Assembly: GCF_020745735.1 (NCBI RefSeq)
Contig: NC_083426.1
Coordinates: forward strand, 17,918,001 to 17,982,000
Origin: Hemiscyllium ocellatum
Taxonomy: Eukaryota
DNA: 64,000 nt
Direction: 5' to 3'
Below, in pieces: positions 13,701-24,907 of the stretch (the stretch's first letter is position 1; each line of letters starts with the position of its first letter). The notes beneath the pieces are model-generated. The model was not told where the DNA came from and ran no database searches. It saw only the letters and a list, made by a program, of their open reading frames with translations. The translations under genes were made by a program, and so were the position numbers.

Positions 13701-16700
13701 CAAAGTCTGGGTCACACAGATTGTTGGGACACAATCTAAATTGGCCAGAATCATACCAGGACGTAACAGATTAATTATAAAATCAGATTATAGAAACATT
13801 TCTTGCATTCCCTGGAGTTTAGATGATTGGAGGATGCCGTAATTTCAAAAGTCAGTAATGAAAATATGAAAGAATGCTCTCCTGAGATGAGGCACTTTTC
13901 CCCATCAGGGAATCAACATTGAAAACCCTTGTCCTCATCCTGCATCTAAGGAGAAACATCTGTTTGAAAGTTGCCTGAAAGATCAGCAGCCCTGTCTTCT
14001 ACTGCCTCAGGATGACGTATTTCAGTGAACAGGTGTTGAAATATGCTGAAAATGCAATACATTTGAAAATATAATATCCAATGTTCCATTGTGATAATCC
14101 TTTCATCAAATTTATTATATGTTAACATATAGGAAACTTTTGAAGAGTTCAAGAAGGAATCTGGTGAAAATAACAAACCGAGATTGCTGCTTTCAGCTGC
14201 AGTGGCATCTGGCATAAGAAACATTCAAGCAGGCTATGAAATAGAAAAGATTTCAGAGTATGTACAAGCTACTTATGTGACGTACATTTTCCAACTGATG
14301 CAGTCTGCATTTCATCGTACTCTAAATTTAGTAACTACATTCCTGACAATAACAACCAAGACATTGAATAAGTGCAATATTTCTACTGTACTGAATAGAA
14401 ACTTTCAAAAGTCAGATACATGATAAAACTTCTGAACCAAAGGGTTAGGTGTTGTAGATTAAATATTTTGGCACTGGGCACTAAACAGCAGAATAAATAG
14501 GGTTAGGGAACAACTGGATTCAGTTTTAACGAAGGATTATATCGAAATTTATAACCAGAAGCCAGGAGTATAGGTTTGACTTTGACAAACAACTAAACTT
14601 GGTGAGTGTACTGAAACAAAAACGCGACGTAGAACTTTATAGGAGGTGGAGGCTGTGGGTTGTGGAGAGTCGTGTGGCAAAATCAGGCAAGTGTGGCCGG
14701 GGGCATCTTGTTGGGAGCACATCATCCTTTATGCTTTTCACAAGCTATGTTGAGAGATTCTTGCAAGGGAGTGGCAATTTGCCAACTGACAGTCAGTAAT
14801 GCTGGTTAAATGCCTTTTTAACAGCCCAACTTGCCTCATTAATATTCAAACTCCCATCTTACCAAACAAGCCTGACAAGGGGAAAACTCAATAGAAAATC
14901 AAAGTGGGTCCCTGGCTCTCTGCTGGCAGCAAGGGACCTTCATGTTGGACACTGGGCATCAACACTTCAAAGCATGCTCCAAGGGCATTGGCCACATGTA
15001 TGCCACGTCCACAGAAATTAGCATCCAACATGTGCCAGGCTTTAAGCACCCTCTTGGCACATCTCGGGTCCACTTACAGGACACTTTTACACGTCACAGC
15101 TGCACTGGCAACTGTGTTTATAATGCTGTAGCAAAGGCAATGTGTGTTCAGAAACACAAGCCCAGCTCATGGACAGGACTAGACTGCACCTTTGGGCCCT
15201 TTGCTTGCTCGGTGTCTACCGGATACTCAAAGCCTCGCTTTGCCTCTTTGCACTTTGCCCCCTCAGCCAGAGATACCAGGCTGACATTACTGTCACTTTG
15301 TCTTGCTGGTTGGCGCAGATACAAATTCAGTAAGCTGGCTTTAGTTGCCAGCAAGCCTCAGTCAAGTCTAGGGAGATAGCTTCCATTCAGCAACACCTGA
15401 CACCATAAGTCAAGATCACTCTCTGATACCAGTTCAGGCTTTGCCTGGATATTCAGTCAGGATCCTGTTCTCAGGCAGCCCACCAACTTCTCTTGACTCT
15501 TTCTGCCCAGTTGGAGTTGCCTTCGTCCTGGCATGAGAAAGAGAGAGAGAGAGCGAAAGAGAGAGAGGGAGAAAAAGAGAGGAATTACATGAGATGTAAG
15601 TAAATGGCACAGCTGTTCCTATTGGTGCAGGTGAGAAAGTGTCCCAAGTTGGTGAGTAGGAAGTGTAGAGGATATGTAGTGTTCATGGTTTTCAGGAGGT
15701 GACAGAGGCTAAGGCAGGATATTACAAACAATACTGAGAGTGATACAGCGTGAGATTTGGTGGGAAGTGAGTACAGTAGCAGAGATAGTGTGAATATTAG
15801 GTATCTGAGAGATGGCGGTATTTACCTCAGCAGAGAGGAAAAGGACATTGGCCCCTTCCCTATATTATTGTGCATTTCTCCAGGCAGCTGATACTGCACT
15901 TACCCAGGTGTCAATCACTCTTGGCACAGTCTGGTGTTGGAGCGGCGACTGCTGATCTTGAGGGAAGAGAAGTCCTGCATTGGTACTATCCAACCAACAG
16001 GACCTCCACGAACCTACACACAAACCAGTAGTTGATTTCCCTGTCTGCTATGTCTGGGGCAAATATGAGGATTCATGCAGGGCAGCTCAACAGTGCTGGT
16101 CCATGTACACCATGAGCCCAGGCCCAAGGCTTGCTGATCTTTTGGTGGTTTTTGGCTAAACAGCAAGTTTTTACAGGAACAATGTGTAGTAAAATGGGGC
16201 AGAAATCATCTGAGAGACTCCATTTGAGAGGGATGTTTTTGGCAATTAATGAGACATTGGAAAGACAAGGCAAGAAAATTCACTGAGCCTTATGGGGACA
16301 AACCCTCCCAAAAACCCAATGCAACCCAAACTTTGTCAAAAAACAAAAGAAATATCCAGCCCGTAGTGAGAAAGAAACTCAGCAAGTGTGCCAGCATCCA
16401 TGGAGAAAAAAAAAACAAAGTTAACGGAGTCCATTTTGACTCTTCTTCAAAAATTGTTGATGAGTAACTGGCCTTTTCCTGTTCCTTACAATTCTCATTT
16501 GATAATGTATAAGCTATGAAACATAATAAATAAATTACAGATTTAGAGACAGCAGGAAGATAATCATTGCTATTCTTCATCACTGGTTGGGTCAATGTAT
16601 GCAGCACACATGTCCTTGAGTACCAGCCCCAACATCTTATTTTTGTTTTATATAGGCCCCTAGATTTTATCGGTGTGATGACATATGAATTCCACGGACC

Positions 16701-19700
16701 ATGGGATGTTACAACTGGACCAAATAGCCCCCTGTACAGAAGTTCTACTGATTATTATGACATTAAATACTTTAACGTTGTATGTATAAAAACTAAGAGA
16801 ATCATTTCTACATTTTAATTTTTCTAACGTTCATTTGAATCATTAATGCAAATTTAAAATGTTACTTCAAATAATATGTTTTCCTTGTAGGAATTTGCTA
16901 CAAACTACTGGAAAGAAAATGGTGCCCCTGCAGAAAAACTACTGGTTGGATTTCCAACTTATGGCCGTACCTTTACACTCTGTTCAGCTGATAACAAACC
17001 TGGTGCTGCAGCATGTGGTCCTGCATCACCTGGAAATTGTACTAAAGCAGCTGGTATTTGGGCATACTATGAGGTACGGTTTAACATTTTATATTTAAAA
17101 ACTTATGTCAACATCTTGCATCATAACATTCACACGAAGAAACTTTAGCACTCGTCATATAAATCATGAAAATTAAAGCTACCGCAACTCTGATTACAAC
17201 AGAAGTCTGTTGTATTACCATGTCCTGACTTTGCAACAGCCCGCAGATTTAAAAAAAAGCATCTTTAATTACCAGAATCATGCCATCTACCACAGAGATA
17301 TCCTTACCATGATCATCATGAAATATTAACATTGTTGTAAAAAGGAACTTGCTGTCACTTTGTTTCATTTTGCACTACTCAGGATAGAATTGCAAGAATA
17401 TCAAACTTCAAAGGGAACAACAATAAATACTGGAATTTCCAGCTTAAATAGAAAATCTCTATCAAGATTTGCACCACCAAACAATTATTTAACTACCAAA
17501 TAATGAAGCCTTAACAGAAGTGTTATACATTTACCATAATTGCATTCAATGTTTTCGTCAATTAGAGTAAGAAGATATACTATAATCCAGAGGAAGTGCC
17601 TGGGTTAAAATAAGTTAAACAATGAGTAGATAAAATCATATTTCTCCCTCAATCTATAATCAATCTATTCATCAGTTGCACAATGACTTTCATTTGTAAG
17701 CAAGTTGTTTAAATGAAATCCGTTGAGTACATAAGCTAAAGATTTGCCCCTTTATCCTCTATTCTTTTCCTCCTACCTGCCCTTTGCATTCTCTGAATTT
17801 CATCCATTGCAGGGTATAAGCAGATATCAGTTCAGTGTTGCTCTTTTACCTTCATATGGAAACAACGGAACGTTATCAGTAATTGAGTCTAACCCATCAT
17901 CTGCAAACCAACTTCCCAGTTCGGTGAACATAACCATAACTATAAATGGAAGCATCCTTGTGAAACGGATTAATGACACTAAATTTGTAATCAGTTACTA
18001 AACTTTGCTATTTGTAATCTAATTCATATGATTTGTCTGGTGGTGTTTTGGGGTCTTAGTTATCCATTATATTTATTAATGACTTAGGCAATGGGTTAGA
18101 AGCCATTTTTGTTTTCAAATTTACTAATGATGGAAAGATTGTAATCAATATAGACAGAAGAAAATTTTGATGCAGTAAGTGAAGAGGCAGGACCATGGAA
18201 AATGGATTTTACCATAAGCAAATGTGAGCTTCAGACCTCAAAATGGTAGAAGAGGGTGGTGTCAAAAAGTTGAAAGTTTAGTAACTGTGGAAGACAAAGA
18301 GAGTTTCAAATCCAGAGATTATCTCCTTTAACAAATCATTGTAACATCTTGAACACCTTGATTAGATCACTTCCCAATCTTCCATTTTCAACAGAATATA
18401 ATTTGTGCTTTGCAGCTTCAGGATGGCACAGAAGAGTATTAGCTCCCATAACCTACTTGTGCCTCAGTTGTAAACTGTACACATTTTTGTTAACAGATAT
18501 GTGACTTCTTGAAAGGCGCCAAAGAAGAGTGGATGGAGGAGCAGGAGGTTCCATATGCATATAAAGATGATGAGTGGGTTACTTATGATAATTTGAAGAG
18601 TTTTGAGAAAAAAGTATGTATTTTACAGTCATTTTCTGCTGCATTTAAGCAATTGTACATAATTAATCCACCTGTGTACACAGTCAGTTTAACAATTGGC
18701 TTAGATATAGTTTAATTAAACAGCTAGCAGGAAAGTAGAGAGAGTTCATGAGAAAGCATTAGCAGGTACAATTAAGGAAAACCCAAAGGATTTTTAAAAA
18801 ATATATGTAAAGAGCAAGAGAATAACGAGGGAAAATGTAGGACCCATTTGGAACCATTAGAGGTAATCTGTGTGGGACCCAGAATACATGGACACAATTC
18901 TCAATGAATACTTTGCACTGCTCTTACAATAGAAAAGGACAACATAGACATCATGTCGGAAGACTGTGAAATGTTAGAAGAAATTAGCATAAAGGAAAAT
19001 TAGCAATGTTAGCAGCTTTAAAAGTGGATAAATCTGTAGGCTCAGCATCCCAGTCTATTGAGGGAGACACCCTGGCCACAAGTGAGGTTTCAGAGGAGCT
19101 AAGGACTACAAAGTTGTCAATTCATTTTCAAAAAGGAAAGCATAGATCAAGAAATTACAAGCCAGTCAGTTCAACCTCAATGGTGAGAAGGTAATAGCAC
19201 AAATTCCAAGGTATAGAATATATTTACACTTGGGCATACACAGATTAATCAGGGATAGTCAGCTTGGATTTAAGCAATTTCCACATGTGACAAATTTGAG
19301 AAATTAAACAGGAATATTGATGAGGGTGATGCATTTGATGTGATCTACATGGACTTTAGCAAGACTTCTGATATGGTCCAAAAAGAATTGAAACAAACTG
19401 TGGATGCTGTAAATCAGAAACAAAACCAGAAATGGCTGGAAAAGCTCCGCAGGTCTGGCAGCATCTGTGAAGAGAAATCAGAGTTAATGTTTTGAATGCC
19501 AATTCTGAGGAAAGGTCAGCGGAACTTAAATGTTAACTTTCCACACGATCCCTCAGGGCAGACTGGTGAAGAAAGAAAAAGCCCATCAAATCCAAGGCAA
19601 AATGACAATGTTGGATCCAAACGTGGCTGAGAAGCAGCAAGTAAAGGGCGATAATAGAGAGATATTTCTGTGACTGCAAGTTTGTTTTCAGTGGGAGTCC

Positions 19701-22700
19701 ACAAGACTCGCTGCTGGAACTCCTGCTGATTGCAGTGTACATGAATGATTTGGACTTAATTGCAGGGAGTCTGATGAAGGAGTTTGTGAATTACACAAAA
19801 TTAAACTCATGACCACAACAATAAGTGGAATTCAACCTGAAAAAGTAAGAGGTCTAACAAGGCAAGGAATTACATTATGAAAGGCAGATCCCCGGAAAGG
19901 ACTGAAAATCAGGTGGACATATGTGTGTGTCCATTGATCCCGGGAGGTATCAAGACAGGTAGTTAAAAAGGTAGATGAGATACTTGCCTTTATTAGGCAA
20001 GGCATATAATATGAGAGTAAAGAGGATATGCTGGAACTGTACAAATGTTGGTTAAGTCACAGATAAAGTGCTGATGCAGTTTAGTTTATGGGAAGGACTA
20101 AAGAGGGTCCAGAATGCTACCTGAACTATAGGGAAAGATTAGACTGTCTGGGATTGTTTTCCTTGGAACAATAAAGATTAAGAGGCTACCTCAAGGAGGT
20201 GTATAAGATTGTGAAGGGCATCGATCGGGTGGATTGGAAAGCATGTTTTCATTAGTAGAGGCGTCAATAACTTTAAGGTAAGAAGTAGAAGGCTAATAGG
20301 ACAGTTGACAATTATTTTACATTCAGAGGGAGGAGGAAGTCTAGAACTCTTCATCTGAAAGTGTGTTTGAATCAAAAAGAACTCTGGTAACATTGAAGTA
20401 AAAATTAGGATATTCACTTGTGTTGCCATAATCTCAGCTGAAAATGGGACTACTTGTTGAGTGACACATGTATGATGGGTTGAATGGCCTCCTCTGTACT
20501 GTAAACATCTGTGTATCAACAAACTTATAACTCTAAGTTCATACCCATGTTGCTTCCAAAGGCATTGATGACTAGATTTCCTTTTTAATTGTGTTTAATA
20601 ACTTTTGTTTTCTGTAATGTTGCTCTGAATGCTTAGTAATACTAGCTAGTAATATAGATACTAGATAGTATTATGGATAATAAAGAAAACAACAAGTTGC
20701 TGTTTATTTGGAAGCATCCAGTCCCTCAGTTTCCCATCACTTCCTAAAGGCTTATCCGTAGCACTCAGTATCTGAGCATCAGCATTGTGTGAGCCAAGAG
20801 AGCAAGTACTCACAATATAGACTGGCAGATGTTTGTGACAGAATCAAGGCAGATAGAATTAAGATTTAGAACAATCATGATCTAACAATAGCAAAATAAG
20901 TTAGGAAGGACACACATGCTGATGCTTTCTGCAAAGAGTCACTAAAACAATAAAAATTTAATTTCTCCGTGTGCTTGCTTAGTGTTCTCCAGTGTGCATC
21001 ACCTGTTATGTGATTGGATTCTGGAACCATTCTGACCAATGAGATCCACGAGAGGCCGTGCACTTGATATCATGAAAACATCTAATTTTGTAGCTGAAAT
21101 AAAGACTAACCCTTGAACTGCATATGATGGTATTACACAGTAATAGTGGTCCACAAGAAGAGTCCATTCTGACTAAATAGAATGCTTTAAATTCTTTTTA
21201 CATAGGTGGAATGGCTAAAAAACAATAGCTTTGGTGGTGCAATGGTTTGGACAATCGACATGGATGATTCCAAAGGTACTTTCTGTAAGCAAGGAAAATC
21301 ACCCCTCATTAGTAAGCTGAAGATTATGCTTTCTTCAAAATCTAAACCTAAAGATGATTCATCAGGTAATTTATTATTTCATGCAACTTTTCTGAACCAG
21401 ATAAATATTTGTTAAGCTGAAACGCAACTCATTTCGATGCACTTGTTTGTCTATTCTAAAATCCATTACCATAACTATTTCTATAACCTCAACTATATGG
21501 ACAGATACAGGCATGTTTTTAAAATGCTACTCATTCAATAAAATTAAATATATTCATGCACTAATATCATATTAAAAAATTAATGGCAAAATAATACCAT
21601 AAGTTTTCACACTGTGGTAACCATGAATACTGATGTGGCACATTAGCGATTCCCTTGTGGAGATCCAAGCACAATGTTGCTCAGTACATAACAATGATCT
21701 CTAAATTGAGAAAATTTTCCAATCTTCCCATCACATTTAATGATGTTACTATTGCCGAATCTCCCCCACCAACTATCAACATTTGGGAGGCCACTCTCAA
21801 CTAGGAATAGAACTAGACCAGTCATATAAACAGTGTGTGTAAGGACATTTTCTCCTGACCGGGTCTGAAAACTCAGGAGGCAGGCAGGATTCTGGCAAGT
21901 GGAAGACTTTTATTCAAGCAGAAACCAGTTAATGCAGGGAGAGGGCCAAAGGATCTTCCCCTGAGACTGGCCTCAGAAGGGAGATCCATGACACACTCGA
22001 ATTTGTAGAGTAAAAAGCAGTGTTTTATACATTTATACTCCATAACATGGGTTACAGTCCTTCCCCCATAATCCATATACCCAATCCTGTAAAACATCTA
22101 ATCAATGCTGGGCATCCCTAAGGACAGTCCCACGAGCCATTATCTCATGGCATTAATGGACACTACAATCGCTAGATCTTTATAGGCATCCCATTCATTT
22201 GCATTCCAAAGTACTCTACTGGGTCTGTTTCAGACTGGCTTATCTCTAAGGACAGCTTGAATTTTGTTATTCACTGTATTTCATCTAATTACTCTTCTTC
22301 AATTTTGAACTATCCTAACTATATGGAAAAATACAAAAAAGTCAGAGTTTTAACTAATTACTATAAGATTTGAAATATTGGCTTGTAATATGAAGTTTGT
22401 TATAAACTGTAAAGTAGACATATATATCACACAGCTATTTGTACCCTTAGTACTTTGTGATTAATGGGCTTTGAACAATCTATATTTTTCAGGTGTCTGA
22501 GAAGGGCATTTCTGAAAGCTAATTAACTTTCACATATTGGCATAAGTATTTTGATTATATGTACCTAGTTTTGTTGAAAACTATCCCTGTAATTCTCTGC
22601 AGAATCTTTAACTAGAACCTATTGCTTAATATTGTGAGTAATTAACTTCAAAGAAACAACTATTTACGACAAAATTACTAACTGCTGTTCTGGTAGCTGT

Positions 22701-24870
22701 TTAGGGAGTTAACAGGCCATGTATTGCACCTGGTGCTCATTCATTTACTGGGACAATTATTCTTTCATTAATGATGCTGGGCATACTCTTATCAAAACGG
22801 TCTGGAAAAGTGTACACAAAGGTTCTTTTACTGGCCTTGGAATAGTTCAGTTCAAAGGTGTTATTGTTTTCTTTACTTAAAGGCAGAAACAGACTGTTTG
22901 TCTTATTCGTCTCCTGTTAACCATCTTCTGATTTAATGCTCGGGCAGGCTGCCTTTCTGACAGCCATTTTGTGTAAGCAGACATGGGCTGTTCTGTTATA
23001 AGCAGATACGGGTCATCCCTACAGTGTGGCTATAAAAATCAGTCAGAAGCTGTCAATTTTACAGTGAGTAACTCATTCCCTTACTCCCCAAACCTTATCT
23101 TCCATCTACAAGACAAGCCAGAACTGTGAGAGTGCTCTCTTTACTTGCCTGGATGAGTGCTCAAGCAGCACAAAACCATTCAGGATAAAGTAGTCGATCA
23201 ATGACAACACTCTCTTAAGCACTGGCTTGTTCTACCAATGATGCAGGGGCAGCAACATGTACCATCTATAAGTGCAATGCAACAGCTCACTCAGCATCAA
23301 GTGGAGAACCTTTAATGTTCAGTGAAATAGCAAAGTTATTTTATGTTTTCTTACATTTTCAAGTACATGACTCTACCGCGTGGAAGGATTAGGACAGCAG
23401 GCATTAGGGAACACCACTGAGTACAAATTCTTTTCTGACATACATCAGATACCAACAAGAAAATAGAAATTTAAATGGCACTCAGACTGGCCAGGTGAAA
23501 ATCTGTCCTGTTTGTTCCTTATAAAGCACGATCATGAGGAACTCTTAATCAGTTTCTAATGTGGACTCACAAATCTGCCTTAAATTTGATGACTCTAGTT
23601 ACAGGCCATGCTATGGAAAAGACACATAGATGTACTAAAAATGCCATTCTGGGAGATTCTGCTGAGGCATACTAGTTTAAGCAAGTACTTGAAAATGTAA
23701 GAAAACAAAGTAACTTTGCTATTTCACTGAACATTAAGAGTCTGTGGCTCGTTGGTCTAGGGGTATGATTCTCGCTTTGGGTGTTAGGCTAGGTGGATTT
23801 GAGAGAGATCCTGGATTCAAATCCTGATCAAGCCCCTATTTCTGGGCGGCACAGTGGTTAGTACTGCTGCCTCACAGTGCCAGAGACCCTGGTTCAATTC
23901 CCGCCTCAGGCGACTGACTATATGGAGTTTGCACATTCTCCTCATGTCTGCGTGGGTTTCCTCCCACAGACCAAAAATGTGCAGGTTAAGTGAATTGACC
24001 ATGCTAAATTGCCCGTAGTGTTAGGTAAAGGGGTAAATGTAGGGGAATGGATCTGGGTGGGTTGCGGGTCGGTGTGGAGTTGTTGGTCGAAGGGCCTGTT
24101 TCCACACTGTAAGTAATCTAATCTAATTCAAGGTTCGCCACTTCAGTACGTTCATTATGTCATTCCATAAATGTCAACCCTTTGACCAAGCTTTTATTTG
24201 TCAATCTAAAATGTCTCAATATAGCTCAGTGCCCTCTCCGCTTGGGATGTTTTAAGATAGTAATATTTACCTCCATGTCAACTTCAATATATTGGCTTTC
24301 TTTCTTTCAGCCACAACAACTGTATCACCGACCCCTACTTTAGAAAATTCATCAAACTCTCAGCCTTCTACAACATGCCCCAATCTGGAATTCTGCAGTG
24401 ACAAAAATAATGGTAGCTATCCAATTTCATGTGCTGCGGACAGCTTTTATCGATGCACCAACAAAAACACTGACATCGAGAACTGTCCCAAGGGTACTTC
24501 CTATAACGCAATTAAAGGCAAATGTGTTTGGCCAGAAAGATTATTTCCAGCAATCAATTTAGTAGCCAACAACTTTTGCAAAGGGAAGCGTGATGGTAAC
24601 TATGCAATTCCAACTCCCAAATATTTTAGATGCTCTGCTGATAAAACACGAATAAAGCAATGTCCTCCTGATCTACTCTATAATACAATGAACAGAAACT
24701 GTGACAGAAGTATGGTTGCTGACTTTGATGTTACTTTTTGCAGCAACAACCTTGATGGTACTTACCCAATTCCAGGCAAGCCAAACAAATTCTATCACTG
24801 TTCCAATAAGGAGACTATTATTGGGAATTGCCCCAAGGGAAGTGTTTATAATAATTTATGTAAGTGTTAG
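1737..24870 (+). CDS. Spliced GH18 chitinase / chitinase-like gene (CHIA/CHIT1 family), 11 coding exons, about 585 aa: signal peptide, GH18 domain, S/T linker, 3x CBM14
   Basis: Exons 1737-1761, 1940-1972, 4575-4782, 9189-9245, 10673-10838, 14133-14257, 16656-16779, 16891-17073, 18497-18613, 21206-21365, 24311-24870. All are GT-AG, phases are consistent, and they total 1758 nt with no internal stop. Motifs [53 protein letters not shown]. Exon sizes 25/57/166/125/124 match the recalled CHIA layout. Exact orthology not established. Confidence 0.95.
1940..1972 (+). CDS. Chitinase exon 2 (signal peptide [11 protein letters not shown])
   Basis: Acceptor TTATTTTAG, donor GTAAGC, hydrophobic stretch, phase 1-1. 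Confidence 0.85.
2652..3201. mobile_element. Penelope-like element fragment with inverted pseudo-LTRs and an 11-bp TSD
   Basis: Arms 2661-2820 and about 2996-3155 are inverted; the middle encodes [26 protein letters not shown] (GIY-YIG C-terminal region) on -; ACATTAAAATG at 2652-2662 and 3191-3201. Confidence 0.85.
2701..2740 (-). ncRNA. Hammerhead motif, slightly decayed (inverted partner at 3076-3115 on +)
   Basis: GCA-CTGAGGA-T-GTCACC-TAGACA-GGGGAC-GAA-ACAT-C-TGC; the partner keeps ACGT but has AAA for GAA. Confidence 0.6.
4575..4782 (+). CDS. Chitinase exon 3 ([42 protein letters not shown]...NNLKKR)
   Basis: GH18 N-terminal motif, CAG acceptor (in-frame alternative AG at 4579-4580), donor GTAAGT. 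Confidence 0.93.
5044..5872. mobile_element. Penelope-like element fragment with inverted ends and a 14-bp TSD
   Basis: [20 protein letters not shown] (GIY-YIG) at about 5390-5450; inverted arms 5066-5240 and 5690-5857; ATAATCCA(G/A)CTATG at 5044-5057 and 5859-5872. Confidence 0.85.
8175..8725 (+). mobile_element. CR1 LINE 3' fragment
   Basis: QFWSPSY...ERVQKRFTR...LGLFSLE...[14 protein letters not shown]. Confidence 0.88.
9189..9245 (+). CDS. Chitinase exon 4 ([19 protein letters not shown])
   Basis: SxGG motif, 57-nt exon, AG/GT boundaries. Confidence 0.95.
9287..9469. mobile_element. Short Penelope-derived foldback insertion with a 12-bp TSD
   Basis: Near-perfect palindrome 9340-9457; ATGTTATTTCTA at 9287-9298 and 9458-9469; same family as 29300-29394 and 32331-32422. 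Confidence 0.85.
9810..10375 (+). mobile_element. CR1 LINE 3' fragment
   Basis: [28 protein letters not shown]. Confidence 0.8.
10673..10838 (+). CDS. Chitinase exon 5 (catalytic motif [11 protein letters not shown])
   Basis: 166-nt exon, acceptor TTTCAG, donor GTGAGT. Confidence 0.95.
11027..11820 (-). mobile_element. Non-autonomous LINE-like element containing a long G run
   Basis: Minus strand starts CAAGATGGC and ends with an (ATTCA)n tail; G run at about 11175-11197. Confidence 0.4.
12934..13240 (-). mobile_element. tRNA-derived SINE (HE1-like / V-SINE)
   Basis: tRNA-like head with A and B boxes, GCTAAATTGCCC core, (TCTAA)n tail; near-identical copies at 23844 and 27413. Confidence 0.85.
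14133..14257 (+). CDS. Chitinase exon 6 ([27 protein letters not shown]...GYEIEKIS)
   Basis: RLLLSAAV motif, 125 nt, AG/GT boundaries. Confidence 0.95.
15535..15582. repeat. Imperfect (GA)n microsatellite
   Basis: Directly visible. Confidence 0.85.
16656..16779 (+). CDS. Chitinase exon 7 ([16 protein letters not shown]...NSPLY...FNV)
   Basis: 124 nt, AG/GT boundaries, MTYxFHG motif. Confidence 0.95.
16891..17073 (+). CDS. Chitinase exon 8 ([28 protein letters not shown]...GIWAYYE)
   Basis: Canonical GAPAEKL and GFPTYG motifs, AG/GT boundaries. Confidence 0.95.
18497..18613 (+). CDS. Chitinase exon 9 (ICDFLKGA...[24 protein letters not shown])
   Basis: VPYAYK and WVxYDN motifs, AG/GT boundaries. 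Confidence 0.95.
18720..20520 (+). mobile_element. Degraded CR1 LINE with a nested short Penelope-derived element (about 19385-19545)
   Basis: LKVDKS, NYKPVS and VIYMDFSK-like remnants. Confidence 0.7.
21206..21365 (+). CDS. Chitinase exon 10 ([27 protein letters not shown]...)
   Basis: GGAMVW motif, AG/GT boundaries. Confidence 0.95.
21838..23023 (-). mobile_element. Solo LTR (1186 bp) with a 5-bp TSD, inserted into an older LINE fragment
   Basis: TGTAAGGA...TCCCTACA inverted termini; GTGTG at 21833-21837 and 23024-23028; minus-strand AATAAA near 21910. Confidence 0.7.
23746..23836 (+). tRNA. tRNA-Pro(TGG) gene or pseudogene with an 18-nt insert at the canonical 37/38 intron position
   Basis: 5' half GGCTCGTTGGTCTAGGGGTATGATTCTCGCTTTGGG matches vertebrate tRNA-Pro; insert 23782-23799; 3' half TGAGAGAGATCCTGGATTCAAATCCTGATCAAGCCC has about 8 substitutions; no encoded CCA. 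Confidence 0.8.
23844..24126 (+). mobile_element. tRNA-derived SINE (HE1-like / V-SINE)
   Basis: Same family as 12934-13240; GGTTCAATTCC B box; AATCT tail. Confidence 0.85.
24311..24870 (+). CDS. Chitinase exon 11: S/T-rich linker and three tandem CBM14 (ChtBD2) domains
   Basis: Three FC-x5-G-x-Y...Y/F-x-C-x9-CP units starting at 24391, 24574 and 24736; acceptor TTTCTTTCAG; TAG at 24868-24870. Confidence 0.9.
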
Positions 24871-24907
24871 ATACAGCTGTATGTATAATAAGTTCACACT
24901 GGATGAT

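Noticed and set aside
14770-16230. Possible Harbinger/Myb-like DNA transposon remnant with several ORFs
   Set aside because: Looks repeat-derived, but no terminal repeats or protein motif could be confirmed by eye.
1737-24870. Calling the chitinase a pseudogene, or assigning the symbol CHIA
   Set aside because: All exons are in frame with canonical splice sites, and orthology to CHIA versus CHIT1 or a shark-specific clade needs a phylogeny.
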